Shown here: positions 40,901 to 51,294 of the stretch, in pieces
Layout of the letters: the number at the start of each line of letters is the position of its first letter
Numbering within the stretch: position 1 is the stretch's first letter
From: Balanoglossus misakiensis
Lineage: Eukaryota > Animalia > Hemichordata
DNA length: 64,000 bases
Direction of reading: 5' to 3'
Assembly: GCA_040954595.2 (NCBI GenBank)
Contig: CM082593.2
Location: 2,683,434-2,747,433, forward strand
The notes under the pieces: model-generated
The model's input: only the letters and a program-made list of their open reading frames with translations
The model's database searches: none
Told to the model about the DNA's origin: nothing
Made by a program: the position numbers and the translations under genes

Positions 40901-43900
40901 TTCTGAAGGTTGTAAATATCCCTTCTGTCGCTTTTATATTAACAACAGATATCGGTACCCAGCACAAGTTTCAGTCATAAATTTTATGGTGAATAGGGGA
41001 TTTAATTTTTTTTTATTTTGTGTGGAAAATTAATGTGTCTGTAGAAACGGGGGCCGTAATGAAGGGACTTGGTTTTTTCCTTTTAAATCTTGTCTAAGAA
41101 TGTGTCTAAACCATGTAATGGTAATTAGCACCTGGTAGACCGTGTGTTGTCATGACGAAGTTGATTTAACCTAATCTGTCTGCGGATCCTAAGTTTAATT
41201 TATTGTGCACCCACTGGATTTGTTATCCTGCCACAATCGTAAATCACGGTGGAGCGTGTTCAGAGAAGAACTAGGGGGTCACCTACCCAGGGGGAGGATA
41301 ATGCGTAGAGAGTTAAGGGATCAAAGTGACAATATGTCAGTTTAGTGTCATTTCAACACTGGTTTTAGAAAGTGATCGACAACTTTTCCGTGCCATGTAG
41401 GTGACTGTGTGACTTTGGTGGACCTAGCTGACAGCTGGATTGCTTTCACCTTGCGCTAAATGATCGATTTTTCTCGCAAAACCGCTCGACTGCAGCCGCA
41501 GAGTCTCTCCATGAATATAAAATGGAGGAAAATAACTGTTCTGCAGAATGTGTGGGATTTTCAGTGAGTGACCAACGTGCAGGAAAGCAATAAGTGTTTT
41601 GTGGGTAGAGAGACTTAGGGTCTCCGGCAACTAGAGGTTATCTCTCACTCTCGTATGTCTGGGAGAGGAATTTTGAAGTGTTGATGGGGCTTGGCAAAGT
41701 CACAGAGATGACGGACGAGAAGGGTGACGACTGCGGCGTTCCGCTGTGCAGTTGTGAATGCCCGATGCAGGAAAATGGAGTCTCGGGAATGAAAGAAGTG
41801 TTACGCTTCAGTGTGGCATGGAGGTGTTTCATTAAACGCAATGTGAGTTTTTACTCCAGTTGTTTTGCCCACACCCCCTCCATCCCCCCGCCCCCATCCC
41901 CACCCTAATCAATACCACACTCCTAGCACCCCCTGCACCCCCATACACCATGGTTTCAACCCGTTGCTTTCAACGGTGGGGGGGGGGGGGGGGGTTGAAA
42001 GCAGAACAAATAATAGAGGAGGAGGGTGGATAAGGTGAAATTGTTTTCAAATTGAAATACGATCACTTAATAGGTTTTGAGAATGGTGCGTGTTGGTTTA
42101 AAGCTTAAAAACCTAAAATTTGGACCGGTTTCATTCATGAAACAAAGGTGGGAGAGAGTATGTGTGAAGCTGCGTTCAGCATGAGCGAGTATCAAAACAA
42201 TTTTCTTTTTACTTCCACGGAATATGCAATATGGTACCACAGACTATGAGTCTTAATACCAGATAGCTGTCACATCCACATCAACCGACAACATATGACT
42301 GGCAGTAATAGCTTTATAAATCACCACACTCACTACGTCGGATCCAAATAGGGGAGGTGGGAATGTCTCCAGCCGCAAGTGTTATTTGCCGCAAAATTTC
42401 CTGCAGATGTTGCAGTTTTATGAGTTAAAACCCAATGCAAATCAAAAACGATTGTCTTAAAATGAGGAAAACCTAATCGGGTGAAAAACAAACAAATTTA
42501 TTACCTGTTTGAAAAGAAATACTGGTATCCACCAGTTGGTATCAATTTTATTTTTGTCATATTACATGGAAATTAATCAACTATGGAGTATGGTTATGTT
42601 ATATGATGTAAGTGGAATTTTAGAATTTTTTTTTTTTTTTGTGTCACTGTTCTATGGATTTATTATCTATAAAAAATACGGTAGTAATAAATTCGTATCG
42701 GCCATGGAGTTGTCGTGACTTCCATTTCTTGTAGTTGCATTGTCACATGTCTGTTGCTGCATCGACAGAATTGAGGTCAAATTATCTGCTGTAGTATTGT
42801 AGTGTTTTTACATTACATTTTCCTCCCACGAAAATGGAATAAAAAGTCGAAAGTTACCCCCTTCCCCAAAAATTAGATAAAAGGTACAAAGTTGTCGTAT
42901 ATGACCATGATGCACTTGGATGATTGACATCCATCCCTTCTCTGCCCAGTGGGTATGTTCATTTCTCTTTATGTTTTTCACGTTAGAACTCTTCAAAGAT
43001 TCTAAGTGTTTCACCGAGTAATACTCCTATGGGCACTTCTAATATAAAGGTCTCTCGTGAGTGTAATCAGATATTTCCAAAATGTTGAAAAATTAATAAA
43101 ATTGATAAGATTAGCCAGAAAAGATATTTAAAAGTGGGTTTTAGTTTTATTAGAATTTTAATGAAATCTTAGTAATGTAGAATTAATATTTCTTGATCTT
43201 TTATAAAAATATTTTATAGTTGAATATATGAATGTGGTAGCGATTTCAAATTCCATCATGAGACGCAAAGCGTGGCTTATTCTAGGATGTATTAAAGGGA
43301 GAATGAATTTTTCTGTTGAAGAGAAGATCTTCTTTCAGATGCTGAAAGAGACAGTGTGATATTATTCGTGGGCATCTTTCCCAGACAGATTTCATAAAAA
43401 AATGGATGCTTTCATGCATTGTCACAGCACGGTGATAGTTTATCAGACTGAAGATAATGCGAATGAGACCGCCTTATCTCACAAAAATACTCTCCAGTCA
43501 TCATCGTTTTCTCTGGAAGAAAAAGAGATACACATTTTTTTAAGTCCTGTTATCTGGATTTTTGAGAATGAAAAGGGAATAAAGTCTCCAAGAATTCGCC
43601 ATCGGGAATTTGGCATCAAAGGAAGGCAGACGTAAAATGTTTTCGAATTTATCATGAGCACCTATTGAGCTGAGACTCGTCTGTTGGGTTCGATTCTAAT
43701 GAATGTTCTGATAGCTTTGATGCTGTCGCCATGGGCTCTGACCTCCCCCTCCTTATATCCTCCCATCATTTGAACCTTAGCAGTCTCTTTTTGAATACTC
43801 TACATCCTTGGCCCTTTTTAAAAGCCAAAAATACAAAAAATACTAAAATACTAAATACATGTAATAATTTAAATTTAAATTTAGTGTGTGCAGACTCTGT

Positions 43901-46900
43901 GCTAGTATTGTAACCCTGAAATTTTTGAAAATATTGGAAATTATAACAAATGAAATAACCCCCAGTAACCCTGGGATCTCATTCCTGCAGTCTGTTTATA
44001 CACATGTTTCAGTATTCATGATTTAAGCCTCATTTGGCATGATTTTACACAAAAATACTAAAAAGATTGCATCAGTAATGGCATATTAGAAGAAAAGGTA
44101 AACATTTATTTTACCCTTTTCCCGGAGGTAAAGCACGAAAATGCATGGAAAACCCCGGAACATTTGTTGATGAAGACTTGTGTGTTATAGCAGTTATAAA
44201 CGCATGTGTTAAACTTTCATTATGGGCGATTATTTCCAGTGGGCTGTCCAGCTGTGACAAGCAACTGGTGGTGATGATGGGAGTTTCACATCAGCTCTGT
44301 GCCAAGACATGGTTTTTTTTCTCCACAAAACTCTCTTAATATTATTTGGAATAGAAATTCGAGAGAGACAGTCTGCTGGTATGGTGTTTTTTTTGCCGAC
44401 TGTTTCTCTGTTCCTGTGCAGTGTCTGGCTGTGTCCATATGGCCCATTTCAACCTACAAAGCTCCAACAAATGAGAACTTCATCAGGGCTTTTCAGAAAT
44501 TCCAAACACACGGTTAGAAAAATTACCCGCCGGTGCTCAGCACCATAAGGCCCAGTCCATTGAGAGGGACGACATGCAACGCTTGAATGGCAGAAATACA
44601 AGTGTCATTTCATACTTCTGTGATCATACGAGTTGTCTTTTGTAACAATGTCAATCCTGAACGACAGAGCAACATTTTTTATTTGTATGCTTGTTCGTAC
44701 TTTCCGGAAGTATCTGAAAATAGGCAGTGGTGTTTTGTTGGCAGCCGGGATGGTGTGACTTGTCTTAATTATTTTTGGCTTATCTGATGTTTGATATCAG
44801 ATTATGTGATGAGCGGAACATGCACCCTTTCCATTTTTAACTTAAGAATCTAAGCTTATCAAAATCACCGGTTAGCATTCATCCGTCTGAATCAAAATAG
44901 AGCAGATCTGACTTTAATTGAAAATTAACATCGTTTTCTTCTCTCTCTCTCTCTCTTCCCTTGTAGGCAAACAAAGTTTCAGTGGTTCATCCACCGGGCG
45001 CGCATCCGAACCCGCTGGCCCAGCTGACTCTCATGTACAATAATGATCACTTCCCGCACGGGACAACACCTCCACCTCACCTGGCCCCTCCGGGGTCACC
45101 CATGGAGCTGGACCCCAAAACAAGTGAGTTCCCGTTATTGCATTTCACCGCCGATAATTTCAGAAAAATAGAAAGCAAGAAAGAGAAATTGTCATTCACT
45201 TTAAGGGAGACACCTCTGAAGCTGGCTCCTGATTTTGATTACTGGCATCACCACGGCGACAGAGAACAGACCAGCAAGCTGTTGCGAATCGGTGGCTGGC
45301 AAATCTTTTTGTGATTACAAACCCGACAGCTTAAAAGGATTGTGGAAACATCTTGTTGCACAGATATTGCAAATATTGGACTCTGGTCCTTTTTACATTC
45401 ACAATGAGATTTCCCACATGAGAACCATGAAATGGTTTTAAAAAACATCTAGTTTCCCGTTGCGAGAGTTGGTTGTAAATTGGTAAAATGTTTTGTGTAT
45501 GTGTGCATGTATGTGCATGAGAGAGAGAGAGAGGCAGAGAGAGAGAGAGAGAGACACAGACAGACAGATCACAATAGACAGACAGGCACATTGAGAGAGA
45601 GAGAGAGAGAGAGAGACAGGCAGATTGAAATTTCAAGTCTCCCGTTGTACATCTCACCACTTCTTCCCAGTCAAATGAAAGCTAGTCAGGATGCCCCTCC
45701 TATCCCCCCTTTTCAATTGTGTTTGTTGACAAGGCTGCTACACAGCAGCATTAACCTTTAGTGGGACCTCTTTCGTTTCTAGGAATGCCTAGACCGAGGC
45801 ATCCGGGGGAGATGCCCCCTCTTTACCCCCCACTTCCAGGTCAAATGGGCCAACTTCCCCATCACATGGAAGTCTACACACAAGTGCAATGGTAAGGGAT
45901 TTTCATCATTTTACAAACTGTTATTAACCCTCTCACAAAAAGACATGTATGCATTAAATATGAAGGTCCCTAAAAATGGCACAGACAGGGGACTTTTTGC
46001 TTTTGAGGAATGGAGGAAGGTCAAAAGTCATCATTGGTGCCATAGTTCATCTTTGAATCCATCTGTATCATGTGCGTCCATTTTCAGGCAACCTGGTACA
46101 CCTGTGTACCCAATGACAACGGCAGCATTCCGAGGGCCCTATCCAACAGCACTCACGGTCAACACAGCGAATATGCCAAGATTTAGTCATCCGGGAATGC
46201 CGCCTCATCCGGGTCTCTCGGTCACCGGCATTCCGCATCCAGCTATTGTTACTCCAGGGGCAAAACAAGATTTACAGCAGCAGAGCAATGACAGGTGGGG
46301 GTTCCCAATAAGGTAATACGCACCTCTGCGACAGATTTTTCTCCGTAGACTTAACACCTATTGGTGGTCATTTTGAATTTCAAATTTGAGACAATTTTGC
46401 TTTCTCATTCAAAATTGAGGTGCATACTACCTTATTATACAGAAAGAAAAGTTGAACATATTTGTTCTTTTCTCTGAATCGATGCACGTACGCACATGTA
46501 CGTATGTACAGACAGACAGTCATATAAATTTACACACACATACATATACACACAATCATAGCTTTAATGCTAAGTCTTAGTGATTTCTACTTTATCTAAT
46601 CTTGTGTGGCCATATCTGAAAACAAATGATTTTCTCTTCGTTCTGTTTCAGACAAAAAGGAAAGAAAGCACAAAAACCACCTCATGTCAAGAAACCTTTG
46701 AATGCATTCATGTTGTATATGAAAGAAATGAGAGCCAAAGTTGTAGCTGAGTGTACGCTCAAAGAGTCTGCTGCAATTAATCAAATATTAGGGAGGAGGG
46801 TGAGTATTCATATTGTGCTAACCACTTTTAGGGTTAATCAGTTGCTCTTTGTCTTCCGTGGCATGTTTGTGAGCGCTGCGACATCCTAGGATGCTAGAAT

Positions 46901-49900
46901 ACATACACTTCTTGAAACGGACCAGTGTAGTGCATGTGTATCGATACGCGCCTCATTATAGTAACTTCACAAATCAGTAAACGTTGTCGGATTTGAACTC
47001 TTCTAGTGGCACGCGCTAAGTCGAGAGGAACAGGCCAAGTACTACGAGTTGGCACGCAAAGAAAGGCAACTTCACATGCAGCTGTACCCAGGCTGGAGTG
47101 CCCGGGATAATTATGCTGTTGGTGGAAAGAAAAAGAAGAGGAAACGAGACAAAGCTCAGGGCGATAACTCAGGTAACTGTCTGATTGGTTGCTGGATTTT
47201 GATTCATGAAAATCTGCACGAAAGCTTATAGTAATACTGCTTGTTTGGGAAGTAGATTATGACTTCACATTATGTAAAGCAAATTCATCTCTACTTCGAT
47301 TTTTTTTTCCGTTGTGAAGCTTAATTTACAAACCCTATCAATCAGATTCACACCTTGATATCGACTGATTTAAACTCCAGACAGATGTCTCCCTTGATTA
47401 ATGTTGTCAAACTGTAGCAAGATGACACATTTGCTACAAAACAGAAAATTCAAACCGCTTCCATGAACTCGGAAACTATTTAAAACAGTCATCTTGATGG
47501 ATTGGCTGAATATTTTAGGTTCTTTTTCGATTGTTCCTTGCCAATAAGGTTAAAGTTAAGAAACAGTGAGATTCTAGGTTGGAATAGCTTGTTTCATTCA
47601 TGCACAGTGCATGTTTCTTCGTCTCCCTGTTTTCACCAGTTCATTGAACTTCACTTCGAGGTGTAGTTTAAGTGGAACTTTATCAGGTGGGCGGCGACTT
47701 GTGTGTGACAAGTCTCCAGTGATTGATAAAGTCCACACTTGCCACATTGTGACGAGTGTCGTCAATGACTTTGACGCAGTGGTGCCTTGGAGAGATGACG
47801 AGGTGTGAAGGAGCAATTGTTTGATCCCCTCAGATTCTTCAGTGAAAACCATGTCCGAGCTTTGCTTATTTTATACTTGGCTGTGTGAAAGAAATTTTCA
47901 CACTTCATTCTAGCTGTTAATTGGGTAAAATGGGACCAGTGTTAAGGAGCATCACAGTGGCCCAAGCAACGCCACCATGTTGATATTTACTGCTGTGTTG
48001 CAAGCAGCGGTGACTGAGACGAGACGTTGATTGTCCTGTGACCATTCGAAGCCTGACATATCAATCACCTTTTATAATATTTTGTGTATGACTGATATTA
48101 CCAAGAATTGTGGTATAACACATCTTGCTGCCTTGTGGCCATTTTGAATGCGTAGACGACAAGAAAAGAAACCAGAAAACTGCTTCCAATTTTGTGCCAG
48201 ATGTTTTAAATTTCAGATGAATTCTAAGAAATTCCTCTTGCTTGGTCAGTCACTCTGCAGTGATGTGACTGACATTTTGTTAAATTGAGAATATCAGGTG
48301 TATGTCTCTATTTTGTCAAAAATTGAATCTGCGACAGGAAGTGCAATTTGTGTGTTAATATCTCGACTCAGACAACAGCAAAAACCAGCCTTTGTATGAT
48401 CTCAAACCTGCACAATGCTGTCTGACCTTGGCCATCAAAATACTGAACGGGTCCAACAATACATGTAATCATGTGCAACCATCTCATCGATCGAAACCAC
48501 CTTTAGTGTTGAAACAACTACATTTTCGGATCAGATGGTGGTGTAAGTGTCGATAGAGACCCAATTTCAGCTCAAAAGACGAGCTTTTTGTGTCAATGTT
48601 TTTTAGATTTTTGAAGCTAATAGTAACTAGAATATTATCTGAAAGAGGTGATGAAAGCAAATAGAATATTGCAATTATTAACAGAACTTGTAACTGGTAG
48701 TATAAATTGAGGGCGTGCTGAAATTTATGGATAGAAATGTGTCTGACTTCAATTGATGTAGGCATAGTTGTGTAGGCATTCGTTTTGCAAGGAATATTTG
48801 ATCAGTTTAGTGATATTGATGCTGAACCTGATTATAGAGAGCTGGTTGTGAGTCTGTGCTAGGTTTTGAATCATTCATGATGAGATTTTCATTACATTGT
48901 CTCAATTTCACAATGGCAAGCCACATCATCAAAAATTCAACGACGATTGCAAGGGTTACAGCGATACCGTGCAACATGGGACGTGAAAATCTTCCATGTA
49001 GTCTGAATTGTGTTCGCTTCCATTAATGTCCAGCACATGTCATCATTGTTAGTGAGAACGCGATAGAAACGTTGGCAGTGTTTGAAAGCCGCCGACGAGA
49101 TGAAAAGTAGCTCGTGTTAATTCTGCGTAAACTGGGTCACGGAAAGGAGTCTGCAGTCGGCAGAAGCTGACAAACACAAAGAGCCAGAGTCAGTGTCACT
49201 CCCCGGACCCATTAAGCATCATTACTGCAGTCCCGTCTAATTGAATGTGATATATCCCGGTGAAATATTGAACGGATGCGGAAGAAAAGAGACTTTCCAC
49301 TGAGCTGAACTTCACAACAGAAGGAGGGCTTTGCTGTGTGGAGATTCGAGCTCAAAACTGAAACGCGCGCGTGGCCTCTGACATGAAAGGGGGTGCCCTG
49401 TTATGAAATAAGTGGCCGCACTTTTTTGTTTCCGTGCCATGCGGGGTTGACAAGTGGATGCTTTCGCTCAATAAGCACTGAGGGGAAAATTGAAATTTTC
49501 AATCAATATGGTCCAGGGAGGGTAATTAAGTCTTATTTGAAAAAAATGGGATATATTGAATATGGGTTCGGAGGAAAAAAAGTGAGTTGCATTGTCTGTC
49601 GAGTCGAGTGATGTGATATTACGTAGGATTGGCATTTATCAACGTTCTGAAGTTCGGAAGGTTTCTAGTACTCTTATTAAATTAAATATTTTTAATGGAA
49701 GTAACCATTTCGAGGTTGTTTCAGTCTGACCTGTTTTGTCATCTTTTCGGCACATGGAAACCAAACCACAATGACACCCATGTAATATCATTTCATGTTA
49801 TTGTGAGCCATTTTTTTCTACAATTCACATAACTATTCATTATCATAATGGGATATAGCTGTATAATACAGCAGTTTAGACTGACTGGGCCAAAATTACA

Positions 49901-51294
49901 TTTCTTCAAAACAAAGCTGTAACTGTACTGTGAACCCGCCACCCCCAACTCATTGCGCCCCCAACATAGGATATCAGGGAAGGTGTAACATGCAAGCTTT
50001 GTTATCTGTGGACTTGCCACTCACAGCGAGAGTGACAGTGATTGCTATGTCTGTGTTTAATTTCTCACGACAGGAAGCCATGATAAATTTACAAGAGCAT
50101 CGTCCCAGTAATTAGGTTTCCCCTAACGAGTTGGCCCGGGAGATCACGCCAAATGCAATTGTCATCACTGAAACCCCGTGAGGGTTTCATTACTAGGATT
50201 TTTGCTGTTCTACCCTTGTTCCTCAGTTCATACCCATTCACCTCTGTACTTTGGTGCAACCCAGTTGCTTTCAACAGAGAAGGCAGACTGATATATGTAG
50301 AAATAGGGGAGATGGGTGTTGAGTTTAGTGTCACTGTCAGTATATATAGTATTTTCATGGAATATTAACAAGATTATTTGGAAGAGACAGGTATTCTCTG
50401 CAGTCATTTCTTTTGATTGGAGAATATGTTATGCCAGCTGTGATTGGCCGAATCACTATACATTTGTACTGTCGGAGGCCTCACTGTGCTTGTTACTGTA
50501 ACGTTAGACAGACTGGATTCACAATTTTGACTCACTGACACGACTCTCATCTTGTCTGTTATTTCAGAAGCATCAAATCCCAAGAAGTGTCGGGCCAGGT
50601 TTGGTTTAGACCAACAACACCACTGGTGCAAGCCGTGCAGGTAGGTGTGCATTTGAGTGAGCTACATCCCCTACAATCCAAGTAGGATGGGTGTGTTTGC
50701 TGACTGTTACAGTGTTGTGGTGGGTTATACCACTTGGAGATGGGTAGGCTTGCGGCCTCTTCTGGCTCAGATGCTCTGCAGCTAGTTTTTATGGCAGTAT
50801 ACTTCAAGTATCAAGTACTTGAAGTATCAAGTACTTGAAGTATCAAGTACTTGAAGTATCATTTCTGATATTTTTCACGAATGTGTCACATTTTAACTTA
50901 AGTGCATAATTTTTTCATGTTAAAAAAAGGTAAAAATAAATTTTGTTGTGTTTTTTTTCACAGGAGGAAGAAGAAGTGTATAAGGTACATTTGTGGAAAT
51001 GAAGGAACCACAGAAAACCATGACGACGATGACCCGCATTCACCGTCAATGTCAATGTCGCCGATCAGCGACGATCCCAAGTCACCTCTGGATAATTCGC
51101 CCTCAGATCGTGTGTCTCCGTCTCACAGCAATTCCTCACAGCCCTCGTCACAGACAAAGAAATCATTAGACTTAACACCCACAACTCCTAACATGTCGCA
51201 AGACTCAACTCAAAGTACTGTTTCTACGTCATCGCAAACATTACCGCAAGACCTTTCGACAACGAGTAGGGCTGAAACACGAACCACCACGTAG
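7724..51294 (+). CDS. TCF: TCF/LEF family HMG-box transcription factor (pangolin/TCF7L2-like), full span of 10-exon CDS, 527 aa
   Basis: Exon lengths 189+85+119+157+109+207+148+166+73+331 = 1584 nt, open from ATG 7724 to TAG 51294. All junctions are GT-AG with matching phases (0,1,0,1,2,2,0,1,2). Diagnostic motifs: [93 protein letters not shown] and [28 protein letters not shown]. Confidence 0.97.
7999..8083 (+). CDS. TCF: TCF coding exon 2
   Basis: Acceptor ttctttcgtccatgtag|. Encodes [28 protein letters not shown]. Donor CAG|gtaacg. Phase 0->1 bridges exons 1 and 3 in frame. Sequence is poorly conserved, so the call rests on splice signals and phase. Confidence 0.8.
8290..8408 (+). CDS. 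TCF: TCF coding exon 3
   Basis: Acceptor ttttcttcacttcaaaatgcag|. Encodes (G)[39 protein letters not shown], where PYPPNGS matches TCF7L2 PYLPNGS. Donor ATG|gtaggt, phase 1->0. Confidence 0.88.
9442..9576. mobile_element. Foldback/MITE-like element with inverted ends and internal tandem copies of the end motif
   Basis: GGGTTGTCGATTTCAGT (9449-9465) is the exact reverse complement of ACTGAAATCGACAACCC (9553-9569), extendable to ~24 bp with 2 mismatches. Three internal ctgaaattgacaa-cgcgc units. Confidence 0.6.
10185..10332. mobile_element. Degenerate Tc1/mariner (pogo/Tigger-like) MITE
   Basis: Begins TA-CAGTAAAACTTGTCTATA and ends TATACAGGTTAACTC-TA. These are imperfect TIRs of CAGT...ACTG type with TA flanks. 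Confidence 0.45.
13391..13432. repeat. Short tandem duplication (21 bp x2)
   Basis: agcctgttggcgatattacct repeated twice. Confidence 0.9.
20109..20193. mobile_element. 85-bp piggyBac-type MITE
   Basis: TTAA|CCCTTTCACC ... GGTGAAAGGG|TTAA: perfect 10-bp TIRs starting CCC, with TTAA target-site duplication at 20105-20108 and 20194-20197. Confidence 0.75.
38316..38395. repeat. Short tandem duplication (~40 bp x2)
   Basis: gaagtttcgtgaagttgtgacatggtggtgtgggatt repeated twice. Confidence 0.9.
38425..38487. repeat. Degenerate (CAC/CAT)n trinucleotide repeat
   Basis: accatcaccaccatcgaccaccatccccaccaccactgcaaccaccaccatcatcatcatcac. Confidence 0.85.
38983..38996 (-). promoter_or_regulatory. CTCF core motif
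   Basis: The minus strand reads CCACTAGATGGCGC, a full match to the CTCF consensus CCASYAGRKGGCRS. Confidence 0.55.
44967..45123 (+). CDS. TCF: TCF coding exon 4 (context-regulatory domain)
   Basis: Long CT tract then ttgtag|. Encodes [52 protein letters not shown], homologous to vertebrate SNKVPVVQHP...YSNEHF...PPPHL...DPKT. Donor A|gtgagt, phase 0->1. Confidence 0.95.
45519..45620. repeat. Compound (GA)n/(GACA)n microsatellite in intron 4
   Basis: Interrupted GA runs and gaca units. Confidence 0.9.
45783..45891 (+). CDS. TCF: TCF coding exon 5
   Basis: Acceptor ctctttcgtttctag|. Encodes (R)[35 protein letters not shown](W), homologous to [31 protein letters not shown]. Donor TG|gtaagg, phase 1->2. 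Not in the ORF track. Confidence 0.93.
46088..46294 (+). CDS. TCF: TCF coding exon 6
   Basis: Acceptor ccattttcag|. Encodes [68 protein letters not shown], with conserved [13 protein letters not shown] and [11 protein letters not shown]. The 3' end is ambiguous: AG|gtgggg at 46294 or in-frame AG|gtaata at 46312. Confidence 0.9.
46652..46799 (+). CDS. TCF: TCF coding exon 7: HMG box N-terminal half
   Basis: Acceptor ctcttcgttctgtttcag|. Encodes [49 protein letters not shown]. Donor AGG|gtgagt at the family-conserved GRR|W intron. Confidence 0.98.
47007..47172 (+). CDS. TCF: TCF coding exon 8: HMG box C-terminal half plus basic tail/NLS
   Basis: Acceptor actcttctag|. Encodes [55 protein letters not shown]. 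Donor CAG|gtaact, phase 1. Confidence 0.98.
50568..50640 (+). CDS. TCF: TCF coding exon 9: C-clamp (CRARF) exon, 73 nt
   Basis: Acceptor cttgtctgttatttcag|. Encodes (E)[23 protein letters not shown](R). Donor CAG|gtaggt. The 73-nt length matches vertebrate CRARF/CRALF exons. Not in the ORF track on the + strand. Confidence 0.97.
50799..50861. repeat. 16-bp palindromic tandem repeat in intron 9
   Basis: (tcaagtacttgaagta)x3 plus a partial inverted copy. Each unit contains the palindrome TCAAGTACTTGA. Confidence 0.9.
50964..51294 (+). CDS. TCF: TCF coding exon 10: C-clamp end and Ser/Thr-rich E-tail with CtBP-binding motif
   Basis: Acceptor tgttttttttcacag|. Encodes [14 protein letters not shown]...PLDNS...SLDLT...PQDLS...TTT*. 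Ends in a tandem TAG TAG stop. Confidence 0.95.

Noticed and set aside
19290-41330. Scattered single ATCAAAG/CTTTGAT sites in intron 3 (e.g. ~19294, ~21998, ~25525, ~41320)
   Set aside because: Isolated heptamers are expected by chance at this base composition. Only paired or Helper-associated sites were reported.
45124-45314. ORF-track read-through past exon donors (also 46800-46889, 47173-47231, 7913-8014)
   Set aside because: TCF homology stops exactly at strong GT donors, so the extensions are intron sequence.
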